Source: a virus (taxonomy: Duplodnaviria > Heunggongvirae > Uroviricota > Caudoviricetes). From it: a stretch of 23,800 nucleotides of DNA. The translations under genes and the position numbers were made by a program. Positions within the stretch are counted from its first letter, which is position 1; the number at the start of each line of letters is the position of its first letter. The notes beneath the pieces are model-generated. The model had not been told where the DNA came from, did not search any database, and saw only the letters and a program-made list of their open reading frames with translations. The DNA is taken from IMG/VR virus record IMGVR_UViG_2663763471_000001; one strand, given 5' to 3'. Positions 13,912-23,800 of the stretch are shown here, in pieces.

Positions 13912-16900
13912 ATGGCGACGTTACGTGAACTGATTATCAAAATTTCGGCAAATTCGCAGTCATTCCAGTCGGAGATCCAGCGGGCTTCCCGCATGGGCAG
14001 TGAATATTACCGGACCCTGCAGAATGGCGGGCGTCAGGCTGCCGCAGTCGCCCGGGTGCAGCGACGCGCCCTGGCTGAGCTGAACAGCCAGTTGACGGAA
14101 ATCCGCGCTTCAGCTGCCGGAACGGCGGGGGCATTTGCAGGTGCCTTTGCCACCGGACACCTGATTTCTCTGGCCGATGAATGGAGTTCCGTGAATGCCC
14201 GACTGAAACAGGCGTCGCAGTCATCCGATGAATTTTCGTCATCACAGAAAGTGCTGATGGATATCAGCCAGCGGACGGGCACGGCATTTTCAGATAATGC
14301 GGCCCTGTTTGCCCGCTCGGCAGCCTCAATGCGTGAATATGGTTACAGTGCTGATGATGTGCTGAAGGTGACGGAGGCCATTTCCACGGGGCTGAAAATC
14401 TCCGGTGCCAGTACGGCAGAGGCGGGCTCGGTGATCACCCAGTTCAGCCAGGCGCTGGCACAGGGTGTGTTACGCGGTGAGGAATTTAATTCGGTCAATG
14501 AAAGCGGAGACCGGATCGTACGTGCACTGGCTGCGGGTATGGGCGTGGCCCGTAAAGACCTTAAGGCGATGGCGGACGACGGCAAACTGACGGCGGATAA
14601 AGTCGTTCCTGCGTTAATCAGCCAGCTGGGGGTATTGCGTGATGAATATGCCGCCATGCCGGAAACGGTCTCTGACGGGATCACAAAGGTGGAAAACGCC
14701 TTTATGGCCTGGGTGGGTGGCGCGAATGAAGCCAGCGGAGCGACGAAAACGCTCTCCGGCGTGCTGAACGGTGTTGCCGGTAATATTGATAATGTGGCAA
14801 CAGCCGCGGGGGCGCTGGTTGCCGTCGGGGTTGCCCGGTACTTTGGCAATATGGCCTCCGGAGCGGTGTCTGCCACGGCAGGACTTGTGACGGCAGCACG
14901 TAATGAAGTGGCACTGGCGGAAGCACAGCTCAGGGGGACGCAGATTGCCACGGCGCGGGCAAGGGCAGCCGTGTACCGTGCACAGCAGGCTGTGGCGGCA
15001 GCCCGCGGGACGGAGATGCAGATTGCTGCAGAAGCCCGTCTGGCGGCCACACAGGAACGCCTGAACAGAAATATTGCTGCCAGAACCGCAGCCCAGAATG
15101 AGCTGAACAGTACAACGGCGGTGGGCTCACGTCTGATGACTGGTGCGTTGGGACTGGTTGGTGGCGTACCCGGACTGGTGATGCTGGGGGCAGCAGCATG
15201 GTATACGCTGTACCAGAATCAGGAGCAGGCCAGGGAGTCAGCGCGCCAGTATGCACTGACGATAGATGAAATCGCGCATAAAACGCCGTCAATGTCTTTG
15301 CCTGAAGCCTCAGATAATGAAGGACGAACACGGGCGGCGCTGGCAGAGCAGAACCGGCTGATTGATGAACAGGCCAGCCGGGTGAAATCCCTGCAGGAAA
15401 AAATCGCTGGATATCAGTATGTTCTGGCTAACCCTGGCTGGACAACCGGTGACGGATTCATGATAAACCATCTGACATCGGTGAAGACCGTGACGGAAGG
15501 GCTTTCTCAGGCAACAGAGCAGCTTGCCGTTGAGCAGTCCCGTCTGGCACAGATGCAGGAAAAAGCGCAGTCCATTCAGGATGTGCTTGCCGGGCTGGAA
15601 GACCGTCGTGTGGCGTTAATTCGTCAGCAGGCGGCAGAGCAGAATAAGGTGTACCAGTCCATGCTGGTTATGAACGGTCAGCATACGGAATTCAACCGTC
15701 TGCTGGGGCTGGGGAATGAACTGCTTCAGCAGCGTCAGGGACTGGTGAATGTACCGTTACGGCTGCCGCAGGCCACCCTGGATGATAAACAGCAGAGCGC
15801 CCTGACAAAAACAGAACGTGAGCTGGCCCTGTCCCGACTGAAGGGGGAGGAAAAAGAGCGTGCCCGGCTGGGGTATGCGGCGGATGACCTTGGTTTTGTG
15901 GGGGATTCGTATCAGGAGGCGAGACAGCGTTATATCAGTAATGCTCTGGAAGCCTGGCGTAATAACGAGGCGAACAAACCTAAATCCCGGGGTGGAAAAT
16001 CAGAGACGGAAAAAGCGGAAGACAGTTTTTCCCGGCTACTGAAGCAGCAGAAAGAGCAACTGGCACTGGCGGGTCAGAATACAGAGCTGGCGAAGCTGAA
16101 GTACCAGACTGCGCAGGGCGAACTGAAAACCCTGACGGAGATGCAGAAGCAGGAACTGCTGCGTAACGCGGCCCTGATTGACCAGCAAAAAATCCGGGAA
16201 CAGTTGCGATCCCGGGAAGAGACCCTGAAGAATGATAATGTGGCTGCGCGTGCATCAAATGAAGCCGAACTGCTGGGATACGGGCAGGGAGAACGAGCCA
16301 GGGAACGCATGCGGGAGTTGCAGCAGATCCGTGACAGCTTCCGCCAGAAGGATGCGGACCTTCAGTCTCAGTATCAGACCGGGGATATCAGTGAGGATTT
16401 TTACAGACAGGCACGGGCACAGAACGCGCAGTATCTGAGCGAACGCCTTAAGGACCAGGCAGCCTTTTATGCCGAATCGGATGCGCAGCGTGCGGACTGG
16501 CAGAAAGGCTTGCAGGAGGGGCTCAGTAACTGGGTGGACAATGCATCCGATTACGCCTCACAGGCAGCACAGCTTGCGACGGAGGGTATCTCAGGGATGG
16601 TGAATAACATCACGGAGATGCTGAACGGAAACAAAGTGGAATGGCGCAACTGGGCCTCATCCGTACTGCAGGAAATCTCAAAAGTTCTTATGAATGCTGC
16701 GATTGTCAACGGAATTAAGACGGCGGCAAACGGTATGTCCGGTGCGGGAGGATTTATTGGCAGCATTGGTGACTGGCTGGGCGGTGCGGTGGCCAATGCA
16801 AAAGGCGGCGTGTATACCTCGGCAAACCTGAGTGCGTACAGCAACAGCATTGTGGACACGCCCACGTACTTTGCGTTTGCAAAAGGGGCCGGGCTGATGG

Positions 16901-17154
16901 GGGAAGCCGGACCTGAAGCCATTATGCCCCTGACCCGGGCGGCGGATGGCTCGCTGGGCGTACGCGCGGTGGGCAGTATGAACGGCAGTGCCGGTCTGGT
17001 GTATTCCCCGGTCTACCACATCGCCATTCAGAATGACGGGGCTAACGGACAGATAGGGGCGGAGGCGGCAGGCAGTCTTGTGCAGCTGATTGACCAGCGG
17101 GTGCAGGCGGTGATGCTGTCCATGCGACGTGACGGAGGAATGCTGAGTGGCTGA
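13912..17154 (+). CDS. H: Tail tape measure protein
   Basis: 1080 aa. Long Ala/Gln/Glu-rich helical protein with a Gly-rich hydrophobic segment. SD gagaaaggtga. Sits between the G/GT chaperones and gpM-like gene. Confidence 0.9.
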   Translation: MATLRELIIKISANSQSFQSEIQRASRMGSEYYRTLQNGGRQAAAVARVQRRALAELNSQLTEIRASAAGTAGAFAGAFATGHLISLADEWSSVNARLKQASQSSDEFSSSQKVLMDISQRTGTAFSDNAALFARSAASMREYGYSADDVLKVTEAISTGLKISGASTAEAGSVITQFSQALAQGVLRGEEFNSVNESGDRIVRALAAGMGVARKDLKAMADDGKLTADKVVPALISQLGVLRDEYAAMPETVSDGITKVENAFMAWVGGANEASGATKTLSGVLNGVAGNIDNVATAAGALVAVGVARYFGNMASGAVSATAGLVTAARNEVALAEAQLRGTQIATARARAAVYRAQQAVAAARGTEMQIAAEARLAATQERLNRNIAARTAAQNELNSTTAVGSRLMTGALGLVGGVPGLVMLGAAAWYTLYQNQEQARESARQYALTIDEIAHKTPSMSLPEASDNEGRTRAALAEQNRLIDEQASRVKSLQEKIAGYQYVLANPGWTTGDGFMINHLTSVKTVTEGLSQATEQLAVEQSRLAQMQEKAQSIQDVLAGLEDRRVALIRQQAAEQNKVYQSMLVMNGQHTEFNRLLGLGNELLQQRQGLVNVPLRLPQATLDDKQQSALTKTERELALSRLKGEEKERARLGYAADDLGFVGDSYQEARQRYISNALEAWRNNEANKPKSRGGKSETEKAEDSFSRLLKQQKEQLALAGQNTELAKLKYQTAQGELKTLTEMQKQELLRNAALIDQQKIREQLRSREETLKNDNVAARASNEAELLGYGQGERARERMRELQQIRDSFRQKDADLQSQYQTGDISEDFYRQARAQNAQYLSERLKDQAAFYAESDAQRADWQKGLQEGLSNWVDNASDYASQAAQLATEGISGMVNNITEMLNGNKVEWRNWASSVLQEISKVLMNAAIVNGIKTAANGMSGAGGFIGSIGDWLGGAVANAKGGVYTSANLSAYSNSIVDTPTYFAFAKGAGLMGEAGPEAIMPLTRAADGSLGVRAVGSMNGSAGLVYSPVYHIAIQNDGANGQIGAEAAGSLVQLIDQRVQAVMLSMRRDGGMLSG

Positions 17155-17488
17155 GATAAAAACGCTGCATCTGGTCCCGCGTGAAGGGATGCAGGTGAGT
17201 GAGAAACCGTCGGTGGTGAGGGTTCGGTTTGGTGACGGTTATGAACAGCGCCGACCGACGGGACTTAATGCCAGACTGAAGACGTTTCAGGCGGTGTTCC
17301 GGGTGACGGATGAACCAACCCGGCGCTGGCTGGATGAATTTTTATCGTGGCATGGTGGTTACCGTGCCTTTTTGTGGCGACCGCCGAAACATAACCTGAC
17401 GGTGAGGGTGGTGTGCCGGGAGTGGAGCGTCACAGATAACGCCAGGCACAGTGATTTCAGTTGTACGATTGAGCAGGTGGTGAACTGA
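17147..17488 (+). CDS. M: Minor tail protein M (lambda gpM-like)
   Basis: GTG start with SD ggagg. VRFGDGYEQRRPTGLNARLKT… and a C-terminal …IEQVVN resemble lambda gpM. Confidence 0.9.
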   Translation: MAEIKTLHLVPREGMQVSEKPSVVRVRFGDGYEQRRPTGLNARLKTFQAVFRVTDEPTRRWLDEFLSWHGGYRAFLWRPPKHNLTVRVVCREWSVTDNARHSDFSCTIEQVVN

Positions 17489-18186
17489 TGCAGGATATTC
17501 GCGAAGAAAGTCTGAACGAGTCGGTTAAGTCAGAGCAGTCACCGCGGGTGGTACTCTGGGAAATCGACCTGACGGTACAGGGCGGTGAGCGGTATTTTTT
17601 CTGTAATGAGCTGAATGAAAAAGGGGAGCCGGTCACCTGGCAGGGGCGGCAATATCAGGCATACCCGATTGACGGCAGCGGTTTTGAGATGAGCGGGAAG
17701 GGCAGCAGTGCCAGACCGTCGCTGACGGTGTCCAATCTGTTCGGTCTGGTCACCGGGATGGCGGAAGACCTGCAGAGTCTGGTGGGGGCCACGGTGGTCC
17801 GCCGCCGGGTGTATGCCCGTTTTCTGGATGCGGTGAATTTCGTTGCGGGCAATCCGGAGGCGGACCCGGAGCAGGAGCTGAGTGACCGCTGGGTGGTGGA
17901 GCAGATGTCGCAGCTGACAGCCATGACGGCCTCGTTTGTGCTGGCTACACCGACCGAGACGGATGGGGCGCTGTTTCCCGGTCGCATCATGCTGGCGAAC
18001 ACCTGTATGTGGGATTACCGGGGAGATGAATGCGGGTATAACGGTCCTGCGGTGGCGGATGAGTTCGACAACCCCACCACGGATATCCGTAAGGACAGAT
18101 GCAGCAAGTGCATGCGCGGGTGTGAACTGCGCAGGAATGTCGGCAATTTTGGCGGTTTCCTTTCCATTAATAAACTTTCGCAGTAA
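17488..18186 (+). CDS. L: Minor tail protein L (lambda gpL-like)
   Basis: 232 aa, MQDIREESLNE…VVLWEIDLT…GERYFFCNE…GNFGGFLSINKLSQ. Cys-rich C-terminus. Same length as lambda gpL. Confidence 0.95.
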   Translation: MQDIREESLNESVKSEQSPRVVLWEIDLTVQGGERYFFCNELNEKGEPVTWQGRQYQAYPIDGSGFEMSGKGSSARPSLTVSNLFGLVTGMAEDLQSLVGATVVRRRVYARFLDAVNFVAGNPEADPEQELSDRWVVEQMSQLTAMTASFVLATPTETDGALFPGRIMLANTCMWDYRGDECGYNGPAVADEFDNPTTDIRKDRCSKCMRGCELRRNVGNFGGFLSINKLSQ

Positions 18187-18196
18187 ATCCCGGTTT

Positions 18197-18940
18197 ATGA
18201 CACAGACTGAATCAGCGATTCTGGCGCATGCCCGGCGGTGTGCGCCTGCGGAGTCGTGCGGCTTCGTGATAAGCACGTCGGAGGGGGAGTGGTATATCCC
18301 TTGTGTGAATATTTCTGCAGAGCCGGAGGCGTATTTTCGTATCGCACCGGAAGACTGGCTGCGGGCAGAGATGCAGGGGGAGATTGTGGCACTGGTCCAC
18401 AGTCATCCCGGTGGGCTGCCCTGGCTGAGCGAGGCTGACCGGCGGCTGCAGATAAAAAGCGCACTGCCCTGGTGGCTGGTCTGCCGGGGTGACATTCACA
18501 AATTCCGCTGTGTGCCACATCTGACAGGACGGCGCTTTGAGCACGGGGTGACGGACTGTTACACGCTGTTCCGGGATGCTTATCATCTGGCGGGGACTGA
18601 AATGCCGGATTTTCATCGCGAGGATGACTGGTGGCGCAACGGTCAGAACCTTTACCTGGACAATATGGCGGTCACCGGCTTTTACCGGGTGCCCCTGTCC
18701 TCTGCACAGGCGGGCGATATTCTGCTGTGCTGCTTTGGTGCTTCGGTACCGAACCATGCCGCCATTTACTGCGGCAACGGTGAGCTGCTTCACCATCTGC
18801 CTGAACAACTGAGTAAACGGGAGAGGTATTCCGAAAAATGGCAACGACGAACGCATTCTGTCTGGCGTCACCGCCACTGGCACGCATCTGCCTTCACGGG
18901 GATTTACAACGATTTGGCCGCCGCCTCAGCCTGTATGTGA
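18197..18940 (+). CDS. K: Tail assembly protein K (MPN/JAMM-like plus NlpC/P60-like domains)
   Basis: Start at the ATG at 18197 (MTQTESAILAHARR…); the ORF-track start at 17936 is an extension overlapping L. HSHPGG motif and a downstream Cys-containing NlpC/P60-like region. Overlaps gene I as in lambda. Confidence 0.85.
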   Translation: MTQTESAILAHARRCAPAESCGFVISTSEGEWYIPCVNISAEPEAYFRIAPEDWLRAEMQGEIVALVHSHPGGLPWLSEADRRLQIKSALPWWLVCRGDIHKFRCVPHLTGRRFEHGVTDCYTLFRDAYHLAGTEMPDFHREDDWWRNGQNLYLDNMAVTGFYRVPLSSAQAGDILLCCFGASVPNHAAIYCGNGELLHHLPEQLSKRERYSEKWQRRTHSVWRHRHWHASAFTGIYNDLAAASACM

Positions 18941-19518
18941 ACACGGCAGCGGAAGCCATCCGGGCGCTGTCGTTACAGGTGCCGGGCTTTCGCCGTCAGA
19001 TGAACGAAGGCTGGTACCAGATACGTATTGCCGGTTATGACACGGCACCGGAGGCGGTGTACGCCCGTCTTCACGAACAGCTGGGTGAGGGAACGGTCAT
19101 CCATATTGTGCCGCGACTGGCCGGGGCCGGAAAGGGTGGACTGCAGATTGTGCTGGGGGCGGCAGCCATCGTGGGCTCTTTCTTCACTGCCGGGGCATCA
19201 ATGGCGTTATGGGGTTCAGCCCTGGCAGCCGGTGGTTTTTCTGCCACCACGATGCTGTTTTCACTTGGAGCCAGCATGATTCTGGGCGGTGTGGCCCAGA
19301 TGCTGGCCCCGAAGGCAAAAACACCGGATTACCGCGCAACGGATAACGGCAGACAGAACACGTACTTTTCCTCGCTGGATAACATGATTGCCCAGGGGAA
19401 CCCGATGCCGGTGCCTTACGGGGAAATGCTGGTTGGCTCCCGCCGTATATCCCAGGACATCAGCACCCGTGATGAAGGCGGGGGCGGAACGGTCGTGGTT
19501 ATCGGGCGACAGGGATAA
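18838..19518 (+). CDS. I: Tail assembly protein I (lambda gpI-like)
   Basis: 226 aa. N-terminal ubiquitin-like part, a Gly/Ala-rich hydrophobic segment and the …YGEMLVGSRRISQDISTRDEGGGG… C-terminus, as in lambda gpI. Confidence 0.9.
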   Translation: MATTNAFCLASPPLARICLHGDLQRFGRRLSLYVNTAAEAIRALSLQVPGFRRQMNEGWYQIRIAGYDTAPEAVYARLHEQLGEGTVIHIVPRLAGAGKGGLQIVLGAAAIVGSFFTAGASMALWGSALAAGGFSATTMLFSLGASMILGGVAQMLAPKAKTPDYRATDNGRQNTYFSSLDNMIAQGNPMPVPYGEMLVGSRRISQDISTRDEGGGGTVVVIGRQG

Positions 19519-19727
19519 AACATAAAAAAATCCCGCAGTGATCGCGGAGCTGCGGGGACAGACAAATGAAGATCAATGTTAAGGAGTTGTTTTTGTTACT
19601 CGGGCAAAAAAACACTAACGCAGCGAAATTATAAGCGCCACAGTCAGTGTGTGAAAATGTGAAGATATTCAGAATTTTTATGCCATTACCGGTTTTAACC
19701 AACAGGATTATCGGTGGGCATGAAAGA

Positions 19728-19757
19728 AAACCCCGGTATCTGCTGATACCGGGGTTT
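19728..19757. terminator. Strong hairpin (13-bp perfect stem, 4-nt loop) in the I-J intergenic insert
   Basis: aaaccccggtatc-tgct-gataccggggttt. U-rich on the + side (ctcttt) and on the - side (ttttctttca), so it could terminate either strand. Confidence 0.5.
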
Positions 19758-19860
19758 CTCTTTAGCATGGCAGAAATGTGTTTCATGCTTTTCGGGCGAA
19801 GGATATCCGACTTCTGTACGGAATGGCAAGTGGCGGTTAATTTATTCAGGGGAAGGCTGT

Positions 19861-22800
19861 ATGGGAAAAGGTGGCGGTAAGGCACACACGCCTCGTGAGG
19901 CGAAGGATAATCTCAAATCCACGCAGATGATGAGCGTGATTGATGCGATTGGTGAGGGACCGATAGAAGGTCCGGTGAAGGGACTGCAGAGTATTCTGGT
20001 GAACAAAACCCCACTGACGGACACGGACGGCAATCCCGTGATACACGGTGTGACGGCGGTCTGGCGCGCCGGGGAGCAGGAGCAGACACCACCGGAAGGC
20101 TTTGAGTCCTCCGGAGCTGAAACCGGACTGGGCGTGGAAGTGACGAAGGCAAAACCGGTGACGCGCACCATTACGTCCGCGAACATTGACCGCCTGCGGG
20201 TTACCTTCGGGGTGCAGTCACTGGTGGAGACCACCTCAAAGGGTGACCGTAACCCGGCATCCGTCCGCCTGCTGATTCAGTTACAGCGTAACGGTAACTG
20301 GGTGACAGAAAAGGACGTCACCATTAACGGCAAGACCACCTCACAGTTCCTGGCCTCGGTGATTCTGGATAATCTGCCTCCCCGGCCCTTTAACATCCGG
20401 ATGGTCAGGGAGACGGCGGACAGCACCACGGACCAGCTGCAGAATAAGACGCTGTGGTCGTCATACACCGAAATCATCGATGTGAAACAGTGCTACCCGA
20501 ACACGGCCATTGTGGGGCTGCAGGTGGATGCGGAGCAGTTCGGCGGCCAGCAGATGACGGTGAACTACCATATCCGCGGTCGCATCATCCAGGTGCCGTC
20601 AAACTATGACCCGGAAAAACGCACGTATAGTGGTATCTGGGACGGCAGTCTGAAACCGGCATACAGCAACAACCCGGCCTGGTGTCTGTGGGACATGCTG
20701 ACTCACCCGCGCTACGGCATGGGAAAACGTCTGGGGGCGGCGGATGTGGACAAGTGGGCGCTGTATGCCATCGGGCAGTACTGCGACCAGACGGTCCCGG
20801 ATGGTTTCGGGGGGACCGAGCCGCGGATGACCTTTAATGCGTACCTGGCACAACAGCGTAAGGCGTGGGACGTTCTCAGTGATTTCTGCTCTGCGATGCG
20901 CTGTATGCCGGTATGGAACGGTCAGACGCTGACGTTCGTTCAGGACCGCCCGTCGGATGTGGTGTGGCCGTACACCAACAGCGATGTGGTGGTGGATGAT
21001 AACGGCGTGGGATTCCGCTACAGCTTCAGTGCCCTGAAGGACCGGCACACGGCGGTGGAGGTGAATTACACCGACCCGCAGAACGGCTGGCAGACCTCCA
21101 CGGAACTGGTGGAAGACCCGGAAGCCATACTGCGCTACGGACGCAACCTGCTGAAGATGGACGCGTTCGGCTGTACCAGCCGCGGTCAGGCCCACCGTGC
21201 CGGACTGTGGGTGATAAAGACCGAACTGCTGGAAACGCAGACGGTGGATTTCACGCTCGGGTCTCAGGGGCTGCGGCACACACCCGGTGACATTATTGAA
21301 ATCTGTGATAATGACTATGCCGGGACCCTGACCGGCGGACGTGTCCTGTCCATTGATGCTGCCACCCGCACCCTGACGCTGGACCGTGAGGTTACCCTGC
21401 CGGAGACAGGTACATCGGCGGTGAACCTGATTAACGGCAGCGGTAAGCCGGTGAGTGTGGACATCACCGCACACCCCGCGCCGGACCGGATACAGGTCAG
21501 TACCCTGCCTGATGGTGTGGAGACATACGGGGTGTGGGGACTCTCCCTGCCGTCACTGCGCCGTCGCCTGTTCCGCTGTGTCTCCATCCGGGAAAACACG
21601 GACGGCACCTTTGCCATCACGGCGGTGCAGCACGTACCGGAAAAAGAAGCCATCGTGGATAACGGTGCCCGCTTTGAGCCGCAGTCAGGTTCCCTGAACA
21701 GCGTCATCCCACCGGCAGTGCAGCACCTGACGGTGGAGGTGAGCGCAGCTGACGGCCAGTATCTGGCGCAGGCGAAATGGGACACGCCGCGGGTGGTGAA
21801 GGGTGTGCGCTTCAGTCTGCGCCTGACCAGTGGTAAGGGAACGGATGCCAGACTGGTGACCACCGCCATCACCGCAGACACGGAGCACCGTTTCAGCGGC
21901 CTGCCGCTCGGGGAATACACCCTGACGGTGCGGGCGATAAACAGCTATGGCCAGCAGGGTGAACCTGCCACCACCACCTTCCGGATTGCCGCACCGGCAG
22001 CACCGTCGCGGATTGAGCTGACGCCGGGCTATTTTCAGATAACCGCAACGCCACATCTTGCCGTTTATGACCCGACGGTACAGTTTGAGTTCTGGTTCTC
22101 GGAAAAGCGGATTGCGGATATCAGGCAGGTTGAAACCGCAGCCCGCTATCTTGGCTCGGCGCTGTACTGGATAGCTGCCAGTATCAATATCAAACCGGGC
22201 CATGATTATTATTTTTATATCCGCAGTGTGAATACTGTTGGCAAATCGGCATTCGTGGAGGCTGTCGGTCGGGCGAGCGATGATGCGGAAGGTTACCTGG
22301 ATTTTTTCAAAGGAGAAATCGGGAAAACACATCTGGCCCAGGAGCTGTGGACGCAGATTGATAACGGTCAGCTTGCGCCGGACCTGGCTGAAATCAGGAC
22401 GTCCATTACGAATGTCAGCAATGAAATCACGCAGACCGTCAATAAAAAACTGGAAAATCAGAGTGCGGCAATCCAGCAGATACAGAAAGTTCAGGTTGAT
22501 ACAAATAATAACCTGAACAGCATGTGGGCCGTGAAACTGCAGCAGATGCAGGACGGACGCCTTTATATTGCGGGTATCGGTGCCGGTATTGAGAATACGC
22601 CAGCAGGAATGCAGAGTCAGGTGCTGCTGGCGGCAGACAGGATTGCGATGATTAATCCTGCGAATGGCAACACAAAGCCGATGTTTGTTGGTCAGGGCGA
22701 TCAGATATTTATGAATGAAGTGTTCCTGAAATATCTGACGGCTCCCACCATTACCAGCGGCGGTAATCCTCCGGCATTTTCCCTGACACCGGACGGGCGG

Positions 22801-23334
22801 CTGACGGCGAAAAATGCCGATATCAGCGGTAACGTGAATGCGAACTCCGGGACGCTCAACAACGTCACGATTAACGAGAACTGTCGGGTTCTGGGAAAAT
22901 TGTCCGCGAACCAGATTGAAGGCGATCTCGTTAAAACAGTGGGCAAAGCTTTCCCCCGGGACTCCCGTGCACCGGAGCGGTGGCCATCAGGAACCATTAC
23001 CGTCAGGGTTTATGACGATCAGCCGTTTGACCGGCAGATTGTTATTCCGGCGGTGGCATTCAGCGGCGCTAAACATGAGAAAGAGCATACTGATATTTAC
23101 TCCTCATGCCGTCTGATAGTGCGGAAAAACGGTGCTGAAATTTATAACCGTACCGCGCTGGATAATACGCTGATTTACAGTGGTGTTATTGATATGCCTG
23201 CCGGTCACGGTCACATGACACTGGAGTTTTCGGTGTCAGCATGGCTGGTAAATAACTGGTATCCCACAGCAAGTATCAGCGATTTGCTGGTTGTGGTGAT
23301 GAAGAAAGCCACTGCAGGCATCACGATTAGCTGA
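19861..23334 (+). CDS. J: Tail tip / host specificity protein J (central tail fibre)
   Basis: 1157 aa with SD ggggaagg. Lambda gpJ-like features throughout, including the conserved N-terminal region and fibronectin-III-like central segment. The C-terminal ~150 aa would be the receptor-binding domain. Confidence 0.95.
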   Translation: MGKGGGKAHTPREAKDNLKSTQMMSVIDAIGEGPIEGPVKGLQSILVNKTPLTDTDGNPVIHGVTAVWRAGEQEQTPPEGFESSGAETGLGVEVTKAKPVTRTITSANIDRLRVTFGVQSLVETTSKGDRNPASVRLLIQLQRNGNWVTEKDVTINGKTTSQFLASVILDNLPPRPFNIRMVRETADSTTDQLQNKTLWSSYTEIIDVKQCYPNTAIVGLQVDAEQFGGQQMTVNYHIRGRIIQVPSNYDPEKRTYSGIWDGSLKPAYSNNPAWCLWDMLTHPRYGMGKRLGAADVDKWALYAIGQYCDQTVPDGFGGTEPRMTFNAYLAQQRKAWDVLSDFCSAMRCMPVWNGQTLTFVQDRPSDVVWPYTNSDVVVDDNGVGFRYSFSALKDRHTAVEVNYTDPQNGWQTSTELVEDPEAILRYGRNLLKMDAFGCTSRGQAHRAGLWVIKTELLETQTVDFTLGSQGLRHTPGDIIEICDNDYAGTLTGGRVLSIDAATRTLTLDREVTLPETGTSAVNLINGSGKPVSVDITAHPAPDRIQVSTLPDGVETYGVWGLSLPSLRRRLFRCVSIRENTDGTFAITAVQHVPEKEAIVDNGARFEPQSGSLNSVIPPAVQHLTVEVSAADGQYLAQAKWDTPRVVKGVRFSLRLTSGKGTDARLVTTAITADTEHRFSGLPLGEYTLTVRAINSYGQQGEPATTTFRIAAPAAPSRIELTPGYFQITATPHLAVYDPTVQFEFWFSEKRIADIRQVETAARYLGSALYWIAASINIKPGHDYYFYIRSVNTVGKSAFVEAVGRASDDAEGYLDFFKGEIGKTHLAQELWTQIDNGQLAPDLAEIRTSITNVSNEITQTVNKKLENQSAAIQQIQKVQVDTNNNLNSMWAVKLQQMQDGRLYIAGIGAGIENTPAGMQSQVLLAADRIAMINPANGNTKPMFVGQGDQIFMNEVFLKYLTAPTITSGGNPPAFSLTPDGRLTAKNADISGNVNANSGTLNNVTINENCRVLGKLSANQIEGDLVKTVGKAFPRDSRAPERWPSGTITVRVYDDQPFDRQIVIPAVAFSGAKHEKEHTDIYSSCRLIVRKNGAEIYNRTALDNTLIYSGVIDMPAGHGHMTLEFSVSAWLVNNWYPTASISDLLVVVMKKATAGITIS

Positions 23335-23353
23335 ATTTTATAACCCAGATACG

Positions 23354-23377
23354 GGCGCCAGAAATGGCGCCTTTTTT
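23354..23377 (+). terminator. Rho-independent terminator downstream of J
   Basis: ggcgcc-agaaat-ggcgcc stem-loop followed by six T. Confidence 0.6.
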
Positions 23378-23401
23378 ATTGCAGAAAAGCGAGAGGTAAT
23401 T

Positions 23402-23800
23402 ATGCGTAAATTATGTGCTGTTATTTTGTCCGCAGTAGTCTGGCAGGTCGCCGCTGCTACGCCAGCGAGTGCAGCAGAACATCAGTCCACGCTGAGCGCG
23501 GGGTATCTCCATGCCTCGACGAACGTTCCCGGTAGTGATGATCTGAACGGGATTAACGTGAAATACCGTTATGAGTTTACGGACGCGCTGGGGCTGATTA
23601 CGTCCTTCAGTTATGCCAATGCTGAGGATGAGCAAAAAACGCGCTACAGCGATACCCGCTGGCATGAAGATTCCGTGCGTAACCGCTGGTTCAGCGTGAT
23701 GGCGGGGCCGTCTGTACGCGTGAATGAATGGTTCAGCGCGTATGCGATGGCGGGTGTGGCTTACAGCCGTGTGTCGACTTTTGCGTATTTTCATGAAAGG
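23402..23800 (+). CDS. lom: Lom-like outer membrane protein (Ail/Lom/PagC family), 5' partial at the window edge
   Basis: ATG at 23402. Signal peptide MRKLCAVILSAVVWQVAAATPASA, then …GINVKYRYEF…SVMAGPSVRVNEWFSAYAMAGVAYSR…, typical of Lom/Ail beta-barrels. Runs off the window end. Lies downstream of J as lom does in lambda. Confidence 0.85.
   Translation, partial: MRKLCAVILSAVVWQVAAATPASAAEHQSTLSAGYLHASTNVPGSDDLNGINVKYRYEFTDALGLITSFSYANAEDEQKTRYSDTRWHEDSVRNRWFSVMAGPSVRVNEWFSAYAMAGVAYSRVSTFAYFHER

Noticed and set aside
14343-15050. 235-aa ORF on the - strand inside the tape measure gene
   Set aside because: Antisense to a well-supported long gene, Ala/Arg/Ser/Thr-rich low-complexity translation typical of the reverse frame of GC-rich coding DNA, no start context.
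17539-18276. 245-aa - strand ORF spanning the L and K genes
   Set aside because: Antisense to two well-supported tail genes; Arg/His-rich composition.
19499-19885. 128-aa - strand ORF covering the I-J intergenic insert
   Set aside because: It runs straight through the 13-bp hairpin, has no convincing RBS and an odd composition. The region is more likely non-coding RNA or regulatory DNA.
20599-22332. Two long - strand ORFs (291 aa and 215 aa) inside J
   Set aside because: Antisense to J. Compositionally biased (Arg/Val/His/Cys-rich) and lacking RBS/start context.
1-23800. Scan for tRNA, CRISPR repeats, and integrase or transposase genes
   Set aside because: No T-arm-like GGTTCGA motifs in non-coding regions, no regularly spaced direct repeats, and no recombinase-like translations were seen. 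A proper tRNAscan or CRISPR search was not run.

Overview
This window is the late (lysis, packaging, head, tail) region of a mosaic lambdoid siphovirus prophage of an enterobacterial host, almost entirely on the + strand. Order: 3' end of an upstream ORF; tR'-like terminator; phage-21-type lysis cassette (dual-start pinholin, SAR endolysin, Rz with embedded Rz1) interrupted by two low-GC insertions; a small RHH-like gene on the - strand; HNH endonuclease; a cos-like region with GTTAAC palindromes; terminase small and large subunits; a fused HK97-type prohead protease/scaffold/major capsid gene; a portal with a long repetitive C-terminal extension; head-tail connector and proximal tail genes; major tail protein with Ig-like domain; G and G-T chaperones with an A_AAA_AAG -1 slippery site; tape measure; lambda-like M, L, K, I, J; and the start of lom. 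No tRNA, rRNA, CRISPR array or integrase/transposase was seen. All calls rest on reading the translations and on remembered family features; no database search was run. The best candidates for undescribed biology are the two insertions in the lysis cassette (474-1161 and 1700-2337), the portal C-terminal extension, and the non-coding insert between I and J.
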